This document shows positions 1 through 9,388 of a DNA stretch of 64,000 nucleotides, piece by piece. Position 1 is the first letter of the stretch. Every line of letters begins with the position of its first letter. The stretch spans positions 2,311,406 to 2,375,405 of the forward strand of contig OZ242297.1 in assembly GCA_965207755.1 (NCBI GenBank), read 5' to 3'. Both the position numbers and the translations under genes were made by a program. Under the pieces are notes generated by a model. That model was not told where the DNA came from, ran no database searches, and saw only the letters and a program-made list of their open reading frames with translations. Origin of the DNA: Acidimicrobiales bacterium (GTDB taxonomy: Bacteria > Actinomycetota > Acidimicrobiia > Acidimicrobiales > Aldehydirespiratoraceae).

Positions 1-1354
1 CCTCGGCCAGCGCGGCCCTCAACACCTCGGTGGCGGCCCGGTCGAGCGGGGCGTGCCGCTCCAGGTCCGGTCCGGACAGTTCGCCGTTGCTGACGGCGCC
101 CCGCTCACGGGCTCTGGCCCGGACGGCCGCCACCCGTTCGGCGACCTCGGCGCTGGGGGTGCTCGGCCCGGCGTCGAGCAGGTCGGCAGGGTCAGGCCGG
201 TCCACCCGGACAACCAGGTCGAGGCGGTCGACGAAGGGGCCCGACAGCCTGCGCTGGTAGCGGGCCAGCGCTCCCGGTGCGCACCGGCAGCCGACCGTGC
301 CGCCCGCGCCGCACGGGCACGGGTTCATGGCCGCCACCAGCAGGAAGCGGGCCGGGTGCTCGACCATGCCCTGGGAGCGGGCCACCCGGATCATGCCCTC
401 CTCCAGCGGCTGGCGCAGCGCATCCAGCACCGACGGCGCGAACTCCCCGAGCTCGTCGAGGAAGAGGACCCCGCCGGTGGCCGCGCTCACCTCCCCCGGC
501 CTGGCCCGGGCCGTGCCCCCGCCCACCAGCGCGGCCATCGACGACGAGTGGTGGGGCGCCCGGAACGGGGGGCGGGTGATCAGGCCGCCGGGAAGGGCCA
601 GCCCGCCCGCGGAGTGGACACGGGTGACCTCCAAGGACTCCGCGTGCGACAGGTCCGGCAGAACACCGACGAGGCGGCGGGCCAGCATGGTCTTGCCCGC
701 GCCGGGGGGCCCGACCAGCAGCAGGTGGTGCCCGCCGGCGGCCGCCACCTCCAGGGCCCACCGGGCCAGCGGCTGGCCCGCGATGTCGGAGAGGTCGGGC
801 TCGGACTCGGCGGGGGGCGCGCTACGGGCGACGGGCGGAACGGGCCAGGGCTCCGTGCCGGCCAGCGCCTCGAACACCTCCTTGAGGCAGTTGACGGGCC
901 GGACCCGCTCGGGGGCCGCCAGTTCGGCCACCGCGCTGTCGCGGGCGGCCACCACGATCGACGAGTTCTCCATGGCGTCGACCAGGGGCAGCGCCCCCGG
1001 CACCGGCCGAACCGACCCGTCGAGGCCCAGCTGCCCGAGCACTCCGAGGTCGGCGATCGAAGCGGCTTCGAGCTGCCCGTCGGCGACGAGCACGCCCACG
1101 GCCACGGCCAGATCGAGACCGGCGCCCGACTTGGGCACGTCGCTCGGGGCCAGGTTGACCGTGATGCGCTTCGGCGGCCATGTGAGCTTGCTGGACACGA
1201 TGGCGGCCCGGACCCGGTCGCGGGCCTCTCGGCAGGAGGCGTCGGGCAGGCCGACGATGGTGAATCCGGGCAGCCCGTCGGCGACGTGGACCTCCACGGA
1301 CACGGGATGGCCCCAGACCCCTACGAGGGTGGCGGAGCGGACGGTAGCGAGCAT
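1..1354 (-). CDS. comM: YifB/ComM-family Mg-chelatase-like AAA+ ATPase (C-terminal end runs off the window)
   Basis: Missing from the ORF track because the ORF is open to the window edge. My reverse translation from the ATG at 1354..1352 reads MLATVRSATLVGVWGHPVSVEVHVADGLPGFTIVGLPDASCREARDRVRAAI... A Walker A motif HHLLLVGPPGAGKT lies near 700-740. Confidence 0.85.
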   Translation of the reverse strand, partial: MLATVRSATLVGVWGHPVSVEVHVADGLPGFTIVGLPDASCREARDRVRAAIVSSKLTWPPKRITVNLAPSDVPKSGAGLDLAVAVGVLVADGQLEAASIADLGVLGQLGLDGSVRPVPGALPLVDAMENSSIVVAARDSAVAELAAPERVRPVNCLKEVFEALAGTEPWPVPPVARSAPPAESEPDLSDIAGQPLARWALEVAAAGGHHLLLVGPPGAGKTMLARRLVGVLPDLSHAESLEVTRVHSAGGLALPGGLITRPPFRAPHHSSSMAALVGGGTARARPGEVSAATGGVLFLDELGEFAPSVLDALRQPLEEGMIRVARSQGMVEHPARFLLVAAMNPCPCGAGGTVGCRCAPGALARYQRRLSGPFVDRLDLVVRVDRPDPADLLDAGPSTPSAEVAERVAAVRARARERGAVSNGELSGPDLERHAPLDRAATEVLRAALAE

Positions 1355-1449
1355 TGGCGGCCTCCGTGGCTTGGGGAGCGGAGGCCGCCGTCAACTCGGC
1401 CGGCGGCTAGCCGTGGGACTATGCCTGCGTCAAGGCAGGCATACCGGGA

Positions 1450-1818
1450 CTATAGCACTTCTCGTGTATATCTGACTACCGCCGCGATCTGTTCGGGGTC
1501 GAGCACCTCCGCGAACCCGGGCATGGCTCGCACCCCTTCGACGACGACCTCGGCCTGATCACCAGCAACTGGGTACAGCGTGACCATCCGACCGTCGGAG
1601 AGTCTCGTGCCCCGTCCCCCGCCCCCGTCGTTGCCGTGGCAGTTGGCGCACCGGTCGATGTAGACCTGCCGCCCCGCCACCAGCTCCCGGTCCGGGAAGC
1701 CGTCCGGTCCGACGGGAACCTCCGGAACGTCGTCGGCCGCGCAGGCGCCGGTCGCCGCGGCCGCGGCGACCAGGGCCGCTGCCAGGAGGCGGAGAGGGAG
1801 TCGACGGCGTCGGGTCAT
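1450..1818 (-). CDS. Small class I c-type cytochrome, probable lipoprotein
   Basis: Heme motif CANCHG. The internal start MTRRRRLPLRLLAAALVAAAAATGAC has a lipobox-like signal. The C-terminal part resembles cytochrome c (MPGF..., ...IAAVVRYTREVL). Confidence 0.75.
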   Translation of the reverse strand: MTRRRRLPLRLLAAALVAAAAATGACAADDVPEVPVGPDGFPDRELVAGRQVYIDRCANCHGNDGGGGRGTRLSDGRMVTLYPVAGDQAEVVVEGVRAMPGFAEVLDPEQIAAVVRYTREVL

Positions 1819-1973
1819 GGCGCGGAGGAGTGCGGACGGCTCGCCGCCCAACGATACTTGCGCCATGGGATTCGACCCCACCCGTCCCCACCGGCGGCGG
1901 CCCGCCGACCTCGTCTTCGTGGCCGCGGGGCTGCTGGTGGCGGTCGGCCTGGTTGTCTGGGCACTCCTGGGGT

Positions 1974-2020
1974 TTCTGTGAGCAGCGAAGCCGCCACAGG
2001 CGGCAAATCTGCTCACAGAA
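1974..2020. repeat. Nested-hairpin palindromic element, family 2 (TTCTGTGAGCAG-N-CTGCTCACAGAA); putative terminator after yraN
   Basis: Outer stem CTGTGAGCAG/CTGCTCACAG and inner stem GCCGCC-ACA-GGCGGC. The same element occurs in reverse orientation at 40358..40403. Confidence 0.7.
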
Positions 2021-2025
2021 GGGGG

Positions 2026-2448
2026 CTAGAAGGCGTTCTCGATCACTTCGACTTCGACGCCGGTGACGGTGGCCACGTCGAAGCGGACCCGGCCCCGGCG
2101 GTCGTTGGCCTGCAGCCATTGGACGGCCAGCGACCTTATCCTGACCTGCTTGCGACGGTCGACCGCCTCGGCCGCTGCGCCGTAGCGCTCGGAACGGCGG
2201 GCCTTCACCTCGCAGAACACGATCTCGCCATGCCGGAGCAGGACCAGGTCCAGTTCGCCCGAGCGCACCCGCCAGTTCTGGTCCAGGACCTCGTAGCCGG
2301 CCTCCCGGTACCACTGGGCGACCTTGCGCTCGCCCCAGGCGCCGCGTGCCTGCCTCGAACGGTCCGGTGACCGGCCACTGCGGGCCGCGGCGCCGGGCCG
2401 GGGGTCAGCGATAGCGCTTTTCCTTGACCTTGGCCGCCTTGCCGACAC
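2026..2448 (-). CDS. yraN: YraN/UPF0102-family endonuclease-like protein (start uncertain)
   Basis: [47 protein letters not shown]... is the typical YraN core. A start at 2448 would overlap the rplS 3' end, so the true start may be further downstream. Confidence 0.75.
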   Translation of the reverse strand: MSARRPRSRKSAIADPRPGAAARSGRSPDRSRQARGAWGERKVAQWYREAGYEVLDQNWRVRSGELDLVLLRHGEIVFCEVKARRSERYGAAAEAVDRRKQVRIRSLAVQWLQANDRRGRVRFDVATVTGVEVEVIENAF

Positions 2449-2752
2449 GGTCGCGCAGGTAGTACAGCTTCGCCCGGCGCACGTCGCCCCGGATGGTGCG
2501 CTCGATGCGGTCGATCACCGGGGTGTGCACTGGGAACGTCCGCTCCACGCCCACACCGAAGCTCACCTTGCGCACGGTGAAGGTCTCGCGCACTCCGCTG
2601 CCCTGGCGCCGGATCACCACGCCCTCGAACACCTGGGTGCGGGCCCGGTTGCCCTCCACGACCCGCACGTGCACGCGGACGGTGTCGCCCGGCTGGAACT
2701 CCGGGATGTCGTCGCGGAGGCTCCGCGCATCGACGAGGTCGGTGGGGTTCAT
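2405..2752 (-). CDS. rplS: 50S ribosomal protein L19
   Basis: 115 aa. [44 protein letters not shown] is canonical L19. Confidence 0.97.
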   Translation of the reverse strand: MNPTDLVDARSLRDDIPEFQPGDTVRVHVRVVEGNRARTQVFEGVVIRRQGSGVRETFTVRKVSFGVGVERTFPVHTPVIDRIERTIRGDVRRAKLYYLRDRVGKAAKVKEKRYR

Positions 2753-2841
2753 GGATGTCTCCGCTCACATCGGCCGCTGCGGCCGGGCAAGAGCGAGTCT
2801 ACGAGCACCACAACTCCCCTCCACCGGCGGGCACGACGAAC

Positions 2842-3597
2842 CTACGAGGTCCGTGACTCCCCCGTGGCCGGGTCGAGGCCGTGGGCTGCGAGCAGCTCCC
2901 GCTCCTCGTCGCTGAGGCCGCCGCGGGCTTCGATAAGGTCGGGACGGCGCTCGATGGTGCGGGCCAGCGAATGGGCCCGGCGCCAGCGGGCCACCCGCCC
3001 GTGGTCGCCGGACAGCAGCACCTCGGGCACGGACCATCCCCGGAAGCTCGCCGGCCGGGTGTATTGCGGGTATTCCAGCAGCCCGTCGCTGAAGGACTCC
3101 TCGGCGGTGGAGGCCTCGTTGGAGAGCACTCCCGGCACGCAGCGCGCCACCGCCTCCATCACCACTAGGGCGGCTGCCTCACCGCCCGAGAGGACAACAT
3201 CGCCGATCGAGACCTCGCCGTCCACCAGGTGCTCGCAGACCCGCTCGTCGACGCCCTCGTAGCGCCCGCAGAGCATCGAGAACCCGGTGGAGGAGGCCAG
3301 TTCGCCCGCCATGGCCTGGTCGAAGCGGCGACCTGCCGGCGACAGGCAGAAGAGCGGTCGGGGCGGATCGACCGCCTCCACCGCGTCGAACAGGGGCTGG
3401 GGCGTCATCACCATTCCCGCTCCCCCGCCGAAGGGCGCGTCATCGGTGCTCCGGCGGCGGTCGGTGGCGGCCGTCCTGAGGTCGTGGACCCTCACGTCGA
3501 GCGTTCCGGCGGAGCGGCTGCGCCCGATGACCGAGGCCGAGGCCATCGCCTCCACCAGGTCCGGGAAGATCGTGAAGACGTCGATGCGGAAGCTCAT
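2842..3597 (-). CDS. trmD: tRNA (guanine37-N1)-methyltransferase
   Basis: The internal ATG at 3597 gives MSFRIDVFTIFPDLVEAM...; also GGGAGMVM and SIGDVVLSGGE motifs. The start overlaps the rimM stop (ATGA-type junction). Confidence 0.95.
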   Translation of the reverse strand: MSFRIDVFTIFPDLVEAMASASVIGRSRSAGTLDVRVHDLRTAATDRRRSTDDAPFGGGAGMVMTPQPLFDAVEAVDPPRPLFCLSPAGRRFDQAMAGELASSTGFSMLCGRYEGVDERVCEHLVDGEVSIGDVVLSGGEAAALVVMEAVARCVPGVLSNEASTAEESFSDGLLEYPQYTRPASFRGWSVPEVLLSGDHGRVARWRRAHSLARTIERRPDLIEARGGLSDEERELLAAHGLDPATGESRTS

Positions 3598-4097
3598 GTC
3601 GCCTCGAACAGCCCGTCGGGAACCTCCACCTCGATCCGCTCGCCGGGCACCGAACGGACGAGGAAGCGCAGCGGCACGAGGGCGCCGCCGGCGAGCTCGA
3701 GCAGGTCTCCGGCCGGACCGGCCACAACCGACGACACCAAGCCCCGGTCCGTGCCCGACTGGTCGACCACCCGGGCGCCGATCAGCTCGTGGACCCACAG
3801 CTCATCGGGGTCCGCGATCGGCGCGGCCCGCAGCACCAACCCCCTCAGAGCCTCGGCCTGGCTGCGGTCGTCGACACCGTCGAAGGCCACCAGATGGCGC
3901 CCGCTGTGGGGCCGGGCCGACGACACCCGCAGGATCCCCACATCGGTCCGCAGCTCCGATCCGGGCGCCAGGCGCTCGGGCCGGTTCGACACCAGCGTGA
4001 CGGCCACCTCGCCGCCGGTGCCGTGGGGCCGCCCGACGCGGCCGACCTCCAGCAACGACGCCGTCCCGGCGCCGGACGAGTCGACGCTCTCAGCCAC
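3594..4097 (-). CDS. rimM: 16S rRNA processing protein RimM
   Basis: LLEVGRVGRPHGTGGEVAVTLVSNRPERL... followed by a PRC-barrel C-terminal part. It sits in the conserved rpsP-KH-rimM-trmD-rplS context. Confidence 0.93.
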   Translation of the reverse strand: MAESVDSSGAGTASLLEVGRVGRPHGTGGEVAVTLVSNRPERLAPGSELRTDVGILRVSSARPHSGRHLVAFDGVDDRSQAEALRGLVLRAAPIADPDELWVHELIGARVVDQSGTDRGLVSSVVAGPAGDLLELAGGALVPLRFLVRSVPGERIEVEVPDGLFEAT

Positions 4098-4192
4098 GCC
4101 CGCCCTTGTTCGCTTCGCACACAGGCCGCTCGGGCCACCGCCGCGCTCGACGCCCCCCGAGAATCACGAGGCTGGCGCCCGCCCGCCCGGCC

Positions 4193-4447
4193 TCAGTCGA
4201 CGAACTCGACCTCGACGTCGACATCGTCGCGCGATCCGGCGGCGCGCACCAGGGTGCGTATGGCGTGCGCCACCCGGCCCCGCTTGCCTATCACCCTGCC
4301 CATCTCGCCCTGAGCGACACGGACGTCGAGGCGCACCGCGTCGGGGCCGGCCGGGCTGGCGGTTACCTGAACCGCGTCAGTGTCGTCGACGATGCTGGCG
4401 ACGACGTGACGGCACATCGCCTGGGCGGTGGGGGCCAGATCGCTCAT
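4193..4447 (-). CDS. KH-domain RNA-binding protein (UPF0109)
   Basis: 84 aa with the GxxG-type motif GRVIGKRGRVAHAIRTL. Conserved position between rpsP and rimM. Confidence 0.9.
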   Translation of the reverse strand: MSDLAPTAQAMCRHVVASIVDDTDAVQVTASPAGPDAVRLDVRVAQGEMGRVIGKRGRVAHAIRTLVRAAGSRDDVDVEVEFVD

Positions 4448-4755
4448 GAGGCTGAGTCCCCGGTGCCGGCTGCCTCGGGCTCGGCCGCGGCCATTCCCTT
4501 GCCCCGGAAGGTCTCCCAGGCGCCGCTGATCTTCAGCAGCTTCTCCACCCGCTCGGTGGGCTGGGCGCCATGACGCAGCCAGTGCAGGGCGCGGTCGTTG
4601 TCGATCCGCACCACCGACGGGTCCTGGCGGGGCTCGTAGATCCCGATGATCTCGATGAAGCGCCCGTTGCGGGGGGCTCGTGCGTCTGCCGCCACCACGC
4701 GATAGGTGGGCTGCTTCTTCTTCCCCATCCGCATGAGGCGCAACTTGACAGCCAA
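4444..4755 (-). CDS. rpsP: 30S ribosomal protein S16
   Basis: The TTG start at 4755 gives (M)AVKLRLMRMGKKKQPTYRVVAADARAPRNGRFIEIIG. A GAGGAA Shine-Dalgarno lies just upstream. Confidence 0.93.
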   Translation of the reverse strand: MAVKLRLMRMGKKKQPTYRVVAADARAPRNGRFIEIIGIYEPRQDPSVVRIDNDRALHWLRHGAQPTERVEKLLKISGAWETFRGKGMAAAEPEAAGTGDSAS

Positions 4756-4793
4756 TGTGATTCCTCTGATCTCTCGACGTCTCGGGCGTTGGG

Positions 4794-6263
4794 TCAATTC
4801 AACCCGGGCCACTCGCCCTTTTCCAACCCTGGCAGAGTCAGAGGCGCCTTGGAGACCGGCACCGGCCCCTTGGGGGTGGTCCGGCCGCCGGCGCCGCGCC
4901 GCTTGGAGGCCGACGACTTTCCCCCCGGCCGCCCCGCCTGCCTGGACGACCGGGCCTTCGAGGCGGCCGTCCGCTTGCCGCCGAGCCCTCCGAGCCCCTT
5001 CATCATCGACCGCATCTGCTTGAACTGATCGACCAGGGCCTTCACGTCGCTGGGACGGCAGCCCGAACCGGCCGCGATGCGCCGCCGGCGGGAGGCGTCG
5101 ATGATGTCGGGCTCGGCGCGCTCCTGCGGCGTCATCGAGTGGATCATGCCGGTGATGCGGCCGATGCGGCCCTCGTCGACCTCGGCGCCCCGCAGTTCCC
5201 GCGGCACCCCTGGCATCATGCCGAGAAGGCTGCGCAGGCTGCCCATGCCGAGGACCTGCTGCATCGTGGCCAGGAAGTCGTCGAACGTGAAGGTCCCCTC
5301 CAGCAGCCGGGCCGCGGTCTCTTCCGCCTCCTCGGCCTCGAAAGCGGATTCGGCCTTGTCGATCAGCGTCTCGACGTCGCCCATCCCCAGGATGCGGCTG
5401 GCGAGGCGATCGGGATGGAACGGCTCGAAGTCATCGAGCTTCTCGCCGACCGAGGCGAAGGCTATAGGCCGGCCCACCACCTCCTTGACCGACAGCGCCG
5501 CCCCGCCCCGGGCGTCGCCGTCCAGCTTGGTGAGGATCACGCCGTCGAGGGCGAGCGTGTCGTGGAAGGTCCTCGCCGAGTTCACGGCATCCTGGCCGAC
5601 CGTGGCGTCGACCACCAGGAACGTGTAGTGGGGCCGCACCGCCTTGGAGATCCGGCGCACCTGGTCCATCATCTCGGCGTCGACGGCCAGACGGCCCGCA
5701 GTGTCGACGATGACCACGTCGCGCCCCGTGCGGGTTGCTTCGGCCAGCGAGGCCGACGCGGCCTTGACCGGGCCGCGGCGGTGGCTGAACACCGGCACGC
5801 CGGCACGCTCGCCCAGCGTCCGCAGCTGCTCGACCGCGGCGGGCCGCTGCAGGTCGGCGCCGACCAGCAGCGGGCTGCGGCCCTGGCGCAGGAACCACTG
5901 GGCCAGCTTGGCCGCATTGGTGGTCTTGCCCGAGCCCTGAAGGCCGGCCAGCAGCACCACAGTGGGCGGCTTCGACGCGTAGGTGATGGCGAGCCGCTCG
6001 CCCCCGAGGCTGGCGGTGAGCTCCGAGAGCACGATCTTGACCACCTGCTGGGCGGGGTTGAGAGCCCGCGAGAGCTCCTCGCCGACGGCTCGCCGGCGGA
6101 TGCGCCCGGTGAGGCCGGTGACCACATCCAGGTCGACGTCGGCCTCGAGCAGGGCCACACGTATCTCGCGCAGCGCGGCGTCGACGTCGTCGGCGGACAG
6201 CCTCCCGCGGCCGCGCAGCTTCGCGAAGGCAGCCTCGAAGCGGCCGGTCAGCGTGTCGAACAT
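4794..6263 (-). CDS. ffh: Signal recognition particle protein Ffh
   Basis: The ATG at 6263 gives MFDTLTGRFEAAFAKLRGRG... Also GLQGSGKTT, DTAGR and TKLDGDARGG motifs, an M-domain and a basic tail. The 927-aa track ORF is a read-through of upstream non-coding DNA. Confidence 0.96.
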   Translation of the reverse strand: MFDTLTGRFEAAFAKLRGRGRLSADDVDAALREIRVALLEADVDLDVVTGLTGRIRRRAVGEELSRALNPAQQVVKIVLSELTASLGGERLAITYASKPPTVVLLAGLQGSGKTTNAAKLAQWFLRQGRSPLLVGADLQRPAAVEQLRTLGERAGVPVFSHRRGPVKAASASLAEATRTGRDVVIVDTAGRLAVDAEMMDQVRRISKAVRPHYTFLVVDATVGQDAVNSARTFHDTLALDGVILTKLDGDARGGAALSVKEVVGRPIAFASVGEKLDDFEPFHPDRLASRILGMGDVETLIDKAESAFEAEEAEETAARLLEGTFTFDDFLATMQQVLGMGSLRSLLGMMPGVPRELRGAEVDEGRIGRITGMIHSMTPQERAEPDIIDASRRRRIAAGSGCRPSDVKALVDQFKQMRSMMKGLGGLGGKRTAASKARSSRQAGRPGGKSSASKRRGAGGRTTPKGPVPVSKAPLTLPGLEKGEWPGLN

Positions 6264-6290
6264 GGCCGGGCCACCATACCGACCAGGGAG

Positions 6291-6426
6291 CCCCGCACGT
6301 TCGAACCGGCAACCCGGAACGCCCGGACAGGAACCCTTCCGCTGCCAGTCCGGGAACCCACAACCCCCGCACGTTCGAACCGGCAGCCCGGAACGCCCGA
6401 ACGGGAACCCCCGCTGCCAGTCCGGG
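6291..6426. repeat. Two direct copies (about 64 bp each, 9-bp spacer) of an intergenic element between ftsY and ffh
   Basis: CCCCGCACGTTCGAACCGGCA(A/G)CCCGGAACGCCCG..GCTGCCAGTCCGGG occurs twice. Each copy has a GGCA(A/G)C...GCTGCC imperfect hairpin related to the family-1 REP core. Confidence 0.8.
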
Positions 6427-6427
6427 C

Positions 6428-7507
6428 TCAGGCGAACAGCGCCTCCACGAACTCCGAGGCGTCGAAGGGCACCAGGTCGGCGATCCCCTCGCCGACTCCG
6501 ACGAGCTTCACCGGCACCCCGAGCTCGGCCTGCACGGCCACCACGATCCCGCCCTTGGCCGAGCCGTCCAGCTTGGTGAGCACGACCCCGGTCACATCGA
6601 CGGCCTCGGTGAACTGCCGGGCCTGGGCCAAGCCGTTCTGGCCGGTCGTGGCGTCGAGCACCAGAAGGGTCTCGGTCACCACCCCCGACCCCTTGCCGGC
6701 CACCCGCCGCACCTTCTGGAGCTCGGCCATGAGGTTGCGCTCGGTGTGGAACCGGCCGGCCGTGTCGGCCAGGACCAGATCCGCCCCCCGGGCCGCCGCC
6801 GACTCCACCGCGTCGTACACCACCGACGCGGGATCGGCACCGGCCGAGCCCCGCACGACGTGCGCCGAGGAGCGCTCCGCCCACATGGCCAGCTGGTCCG
6901 CGGCGGCGGCCCGGAAGGTGTCGCCCGCGGCCATCACCACCCCGGCGCCGGCGTCGGCCTCGCGCTTGGCCAGCTTGCCGATGGTGGTGGTCTTTCCGGT
7001 GCCGTTGACCCCGACGAACAGCCACACCGACGGCCGTCCGCCGTCGCGGCGGCCGGCCAGCGACCGGTCGAAGCCGCCGAGCCGTTCCCGCAGCTCGGCC
7101 TTCAGGGCCGCAGTCGCCTCCTGGGCCCGGTTCCCGCCCGAAGCAGCCCGCGATCTGGCCGCCTCGACTATCTCGGAACTGGTCGTCAGCCCGACGTCGG
7201 CCCGGATCAGGGCCTCGGTGACCTCGGTCCAGGCCTCCTCGGTGGACGAGGCCCGCTCCAGCGCCGAGGCCAGCGGCCCGCCCAGCGCAGCCCGCGCCTT
7301 CGACAGGCGGTCGCGCAGCGAGGGCGCCGGGCCCTCGGTTCCGGCTCTGCCGGCCAGCCGGCCGACCACCCGGTCCGCCGCCTCGCCGGCGGCGGCCTGC
7401 GGGTCCGGGGCCGCGGTCGCCGACGGCCGGCGGCGCCGGCGGGCCACCACGACCGCGACCAGTGCCGCCGCCAACGCGACCAGTACGACAACGAGGATCA
7501 GCGTCAT
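6428..7507 (-). CDS. ftsY: SRP receptor FtsY with N-terminal membrane anchor
   Basis: MTLILVVVLVALAAALVAVVVARRRRR anchor, plus GVNGTGKTTT, DTAGR and TKLDGSAKGG motifs. Confidence 0.96.
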   Translation of the reverse strand: MTLILVVVLVALAAALVAVVVARRRRRPSATAAPDPQAAAGEAADRVVGRLAGRAGTEGPAPSLRDRLSKARAALGGPLASALERASSTEEAWTEVTEALIRADVGLTTSSEIVEAARSRAASGGNRAQEATAALKAELRERLGGFDRSLAGRRDGGRPSVWLFVGVNGTGKTTTIGKLAKREADAGAGVVMAAGDTFRAAAADQLAMWAERSSAHVVRGSAGADPASVVYDAVESAAARGADLVLADTAGRFHTERNLMAELQKVRRVAGKGSGVVTETLLVLDATTGQNGLAQARQFTEAVDVTGVVLTKLDGSAKGGIVVAVQAELGVPVKLVGVGEGIADLVPFDASEFVEALFA

Positions 7508-7702
7508 CGGCGGTCGATGCTACCCGGGGTCCCGAGGCGGCGGCCGGGCTGGGCAGGGAACCGTGCGGCCTGGACAACGTACGCAGGACCAGGAGGCTGA
7601 GAGGCCGCCGGCCGCGCCGCGACCTGGCCCAAACCCCGGCCCTCGACGGCCGGCCGGCGGTCGCTCACGACGGCTCGCCGCAGAGGACCAGCCCCGGGCG
7701 TG

Positions 7703-9388
7703 TCAGGGGTCTGCTGGGTCTGGGCGTGTCCAGGGGCCTGCGCCGCCTATGTGGGTCACGGTCTCGGCTCGGGGCGGGTCGTATTGGCTGTGGGCGGCCC
7801 AGTGGAAGTCCAGGCCGAAGTCGTGGCGGCGGTTGCCGTCGTCGTCGGTGGCGGGCAGCCCCCGCAGCGGCTGGTCGGGGCCGGCCCGGCGGTCGATGGG
7901 GACCAGCCGATGCACCGCGAGGACCCTGTGGTGCTCGTCGAGGAACGTCAGGTAGGCGCGCACGTCCTCGATGACGAGGTCCTGGAGTGTCTCGGTGTCG
8001 ACGGCGCCGGGATGCGAGGTCGGCGCCGCGAGGTCCACCCGGGTGCTCCACTGGCGGATCGCGGCGTGGTCTCCGGGCCCGAGCGACGGATCCAGGGGCG
8101 CCCAGTTCGCGCCGAAAGCGGGGTCGGCCGCTTGTCGCAGCACCCAGGAGACGCCCCACGGCGACGTGCGTGCCGGGTCGACCGCGAGGCTGGGGTCTCC
8201 GCGGAAGGAGCGGCTCAGGTCCGGCCGCGGCGACATCTCGGCGCTCACCGCGAGCTCGAAGCGCTGCGGCATCTCAGTCACCGCCGCCGCGTCCAGCACG
8301 AACGGCGCCACCTCCCCGGGCTGCAGCGTCAACGCGAACACCGACTCCTGTTCGCCCCACGTCACCGTCACCCGGCGCGCGAACAGCGCCGCGGATCTGT
8401 TCTGCACCAGCCCCAGCAACTCGCCGCCGCGCAACGCAGCGGTGTCCCACAACAGCACCACCTCATCGGCGGGCGCCTCCACCGCGAACACGCCGAGAGG
8501 CGCCCGATAGCCCAGCAGTTCGCCCCCGTAGCCCAGACTGTGGCCGCAGCCGTACAGGCACGCCGTCTCCCGCGCGGTCCGCTGCGCGGCCTCCGTCGCG
8601 GCCTGCGGCGACTCCCTGGGCGGCCCGAACCCGTCCCAGGTCACGTGCGCGTACAGCGGGGCGCCTTCGACGCCGCACCCGGGCCGCAGCTCGAAGACCT
8701 CGCCGAAGATCACGTTGAGGTCGGCCTGTCCGGGGCTGGGACCGACACGCCAGATCTCGTCATAGACCGCCGTCAGGGTGTCGTCGGTGTCGCCGCACAG
8801 CCAGAGGACCTTGCCCAGCAGCGGTTCCCAAGGCGACTGCTGCTCGACGCGCAGCGGGCCCGCGCCCTTCCCGACCACCGCGCCGGGCCGCCCCGGCCGG
8901 GCCACCAGCCCGCCGGGCCGACCCGACCCGTCCGAACCCCCCGACCAGAAGACACCCGCCCCGCCGGGGCCCTCCCGGCCGACATCGACGCTCCCCGCAC
9001 CGTCATCGACGCTCCCCGCACCGTCATCGACCCCGCCGCCGCCGACAGCGACGCTGGAGGAACGGGACCCGTCGAGCGGTCCCTCACCCGAACCCGGCCC
9101 GGGCACATCCCCGGCCGGCACCACCCCGCCGACAGGCACGCCGCCGGGCACAGCGGGCTCGGGCTCGTCCCGCGGACCAGGGAACCATCCGCTGCCGGGC
9201 TCGGCCGCGGCCGGGGCTGCCGGCGGCGTCGCCGCGCCCTGGCCGACAGGCTCGGGCGACGCGCACGACACGGCACCGGCCAGCGCCAGCGCCGCCCCCG
9301 CCGCGCCCCATGGCGCCCGGCGCGCACGGCGGCCGTGTCCCGCAAGCGCGCGACGGCGCGCCGCGGCCGCTCTCAGCGGATGTGGCAT
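7703..9388 (-). CDS. Uncharacterised lipoprotein, family X copy 1 (Cys-rich N-domain plus one LVQN/QPGEVAPF module)
   Basis: The ATG at 9388 gives MPHPLRAAAARRR...AALALAGAVSC, a lipobox. It is paralogous along its whole length to 13170..14978 and shares a module with the 766/768-aa proteins. Its start overlaps the upstream gene's stop by 16 nt. Confidence 0.8.
   Translation of the reverse strand: MPHPLRAAAARRRALAGHGRRARRAPWGAAGAALALAGAVSCASPEPVGQGAATPPAAPAAAEPGSGWFPGPRDEPEPAVPGGVPVGGVVPAGDVPGPGSGEGPLDGSRSSSVAVGGGGVDDGAGSVDDGAGSVDVGREGPGGAGVFWSGGSDGSGRPGGLVARPGRPGAVVGKGAGPLRVEQQSPWEPLLGKVLWLCGDTDDTLTAVYDEIWRVGPSPGQADLNVIFGEVFELRPGCGVEGAPLYAHVTWDGFGPPRESPQAATEAAQRTARETACLYGCGHSLGYGGELLGYRAPLGVFAVEAPADEVVLLWDTAALRGGELLGLVQNRSAALFARRVTVTWGEQESVFALTLQPGEVAPFVLDAAAVTEMPQRFELAVSAEMSPRPDLSRSFRGDPSLAVDPARTSPWGVSWVLRQAADPAFGANWAPLDPSLGPGDHAAIRQWSTRVDLAAPTSHPGAVDTETLQDLVIEDVRAYLTFLDEHHRVLAVHRLVPIDRRAGPDQPLRGLPATDDDGNRRHDFGLDFHWAAHSQYDPPRAETVTHIGGAGPWTRPDPADP

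Noticed and set aside
53-1558. 501-aa plus-strand ORF, and similar very long plus-strand ORFs (for example 5139-7955, 7700-9436, 13218-14297, 20631-22511, 34106-36325, 59631-61568)
   Set aside because: Their translations are Arg/Gly/Pro/Ala-rich low-complexity sequence with no motifs. They lie antisense to genes with unmistakable family signatures. They are typical open-frame shadows of about 70% GC DNA.
6296-6385. GTTCGAACC motifs resembling a tRNA T-loop in the ffh-ftsY spacer
   Set aside because: The flanks cannot form T-arm, anticodon or acceptor stems. The motif is part of the duplicated 64-bp intergenic element.
4794-7577. 927-aa ORF suggesting a giant Ffh fusion
   Set aside because: Only the last 489 aa (from the ATG at 6263) are Ffh. 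Upstream, the frame reads through the repeat-filled spacer and then runs out of frame across ftsY, which is encoded separately at 6428-7507.
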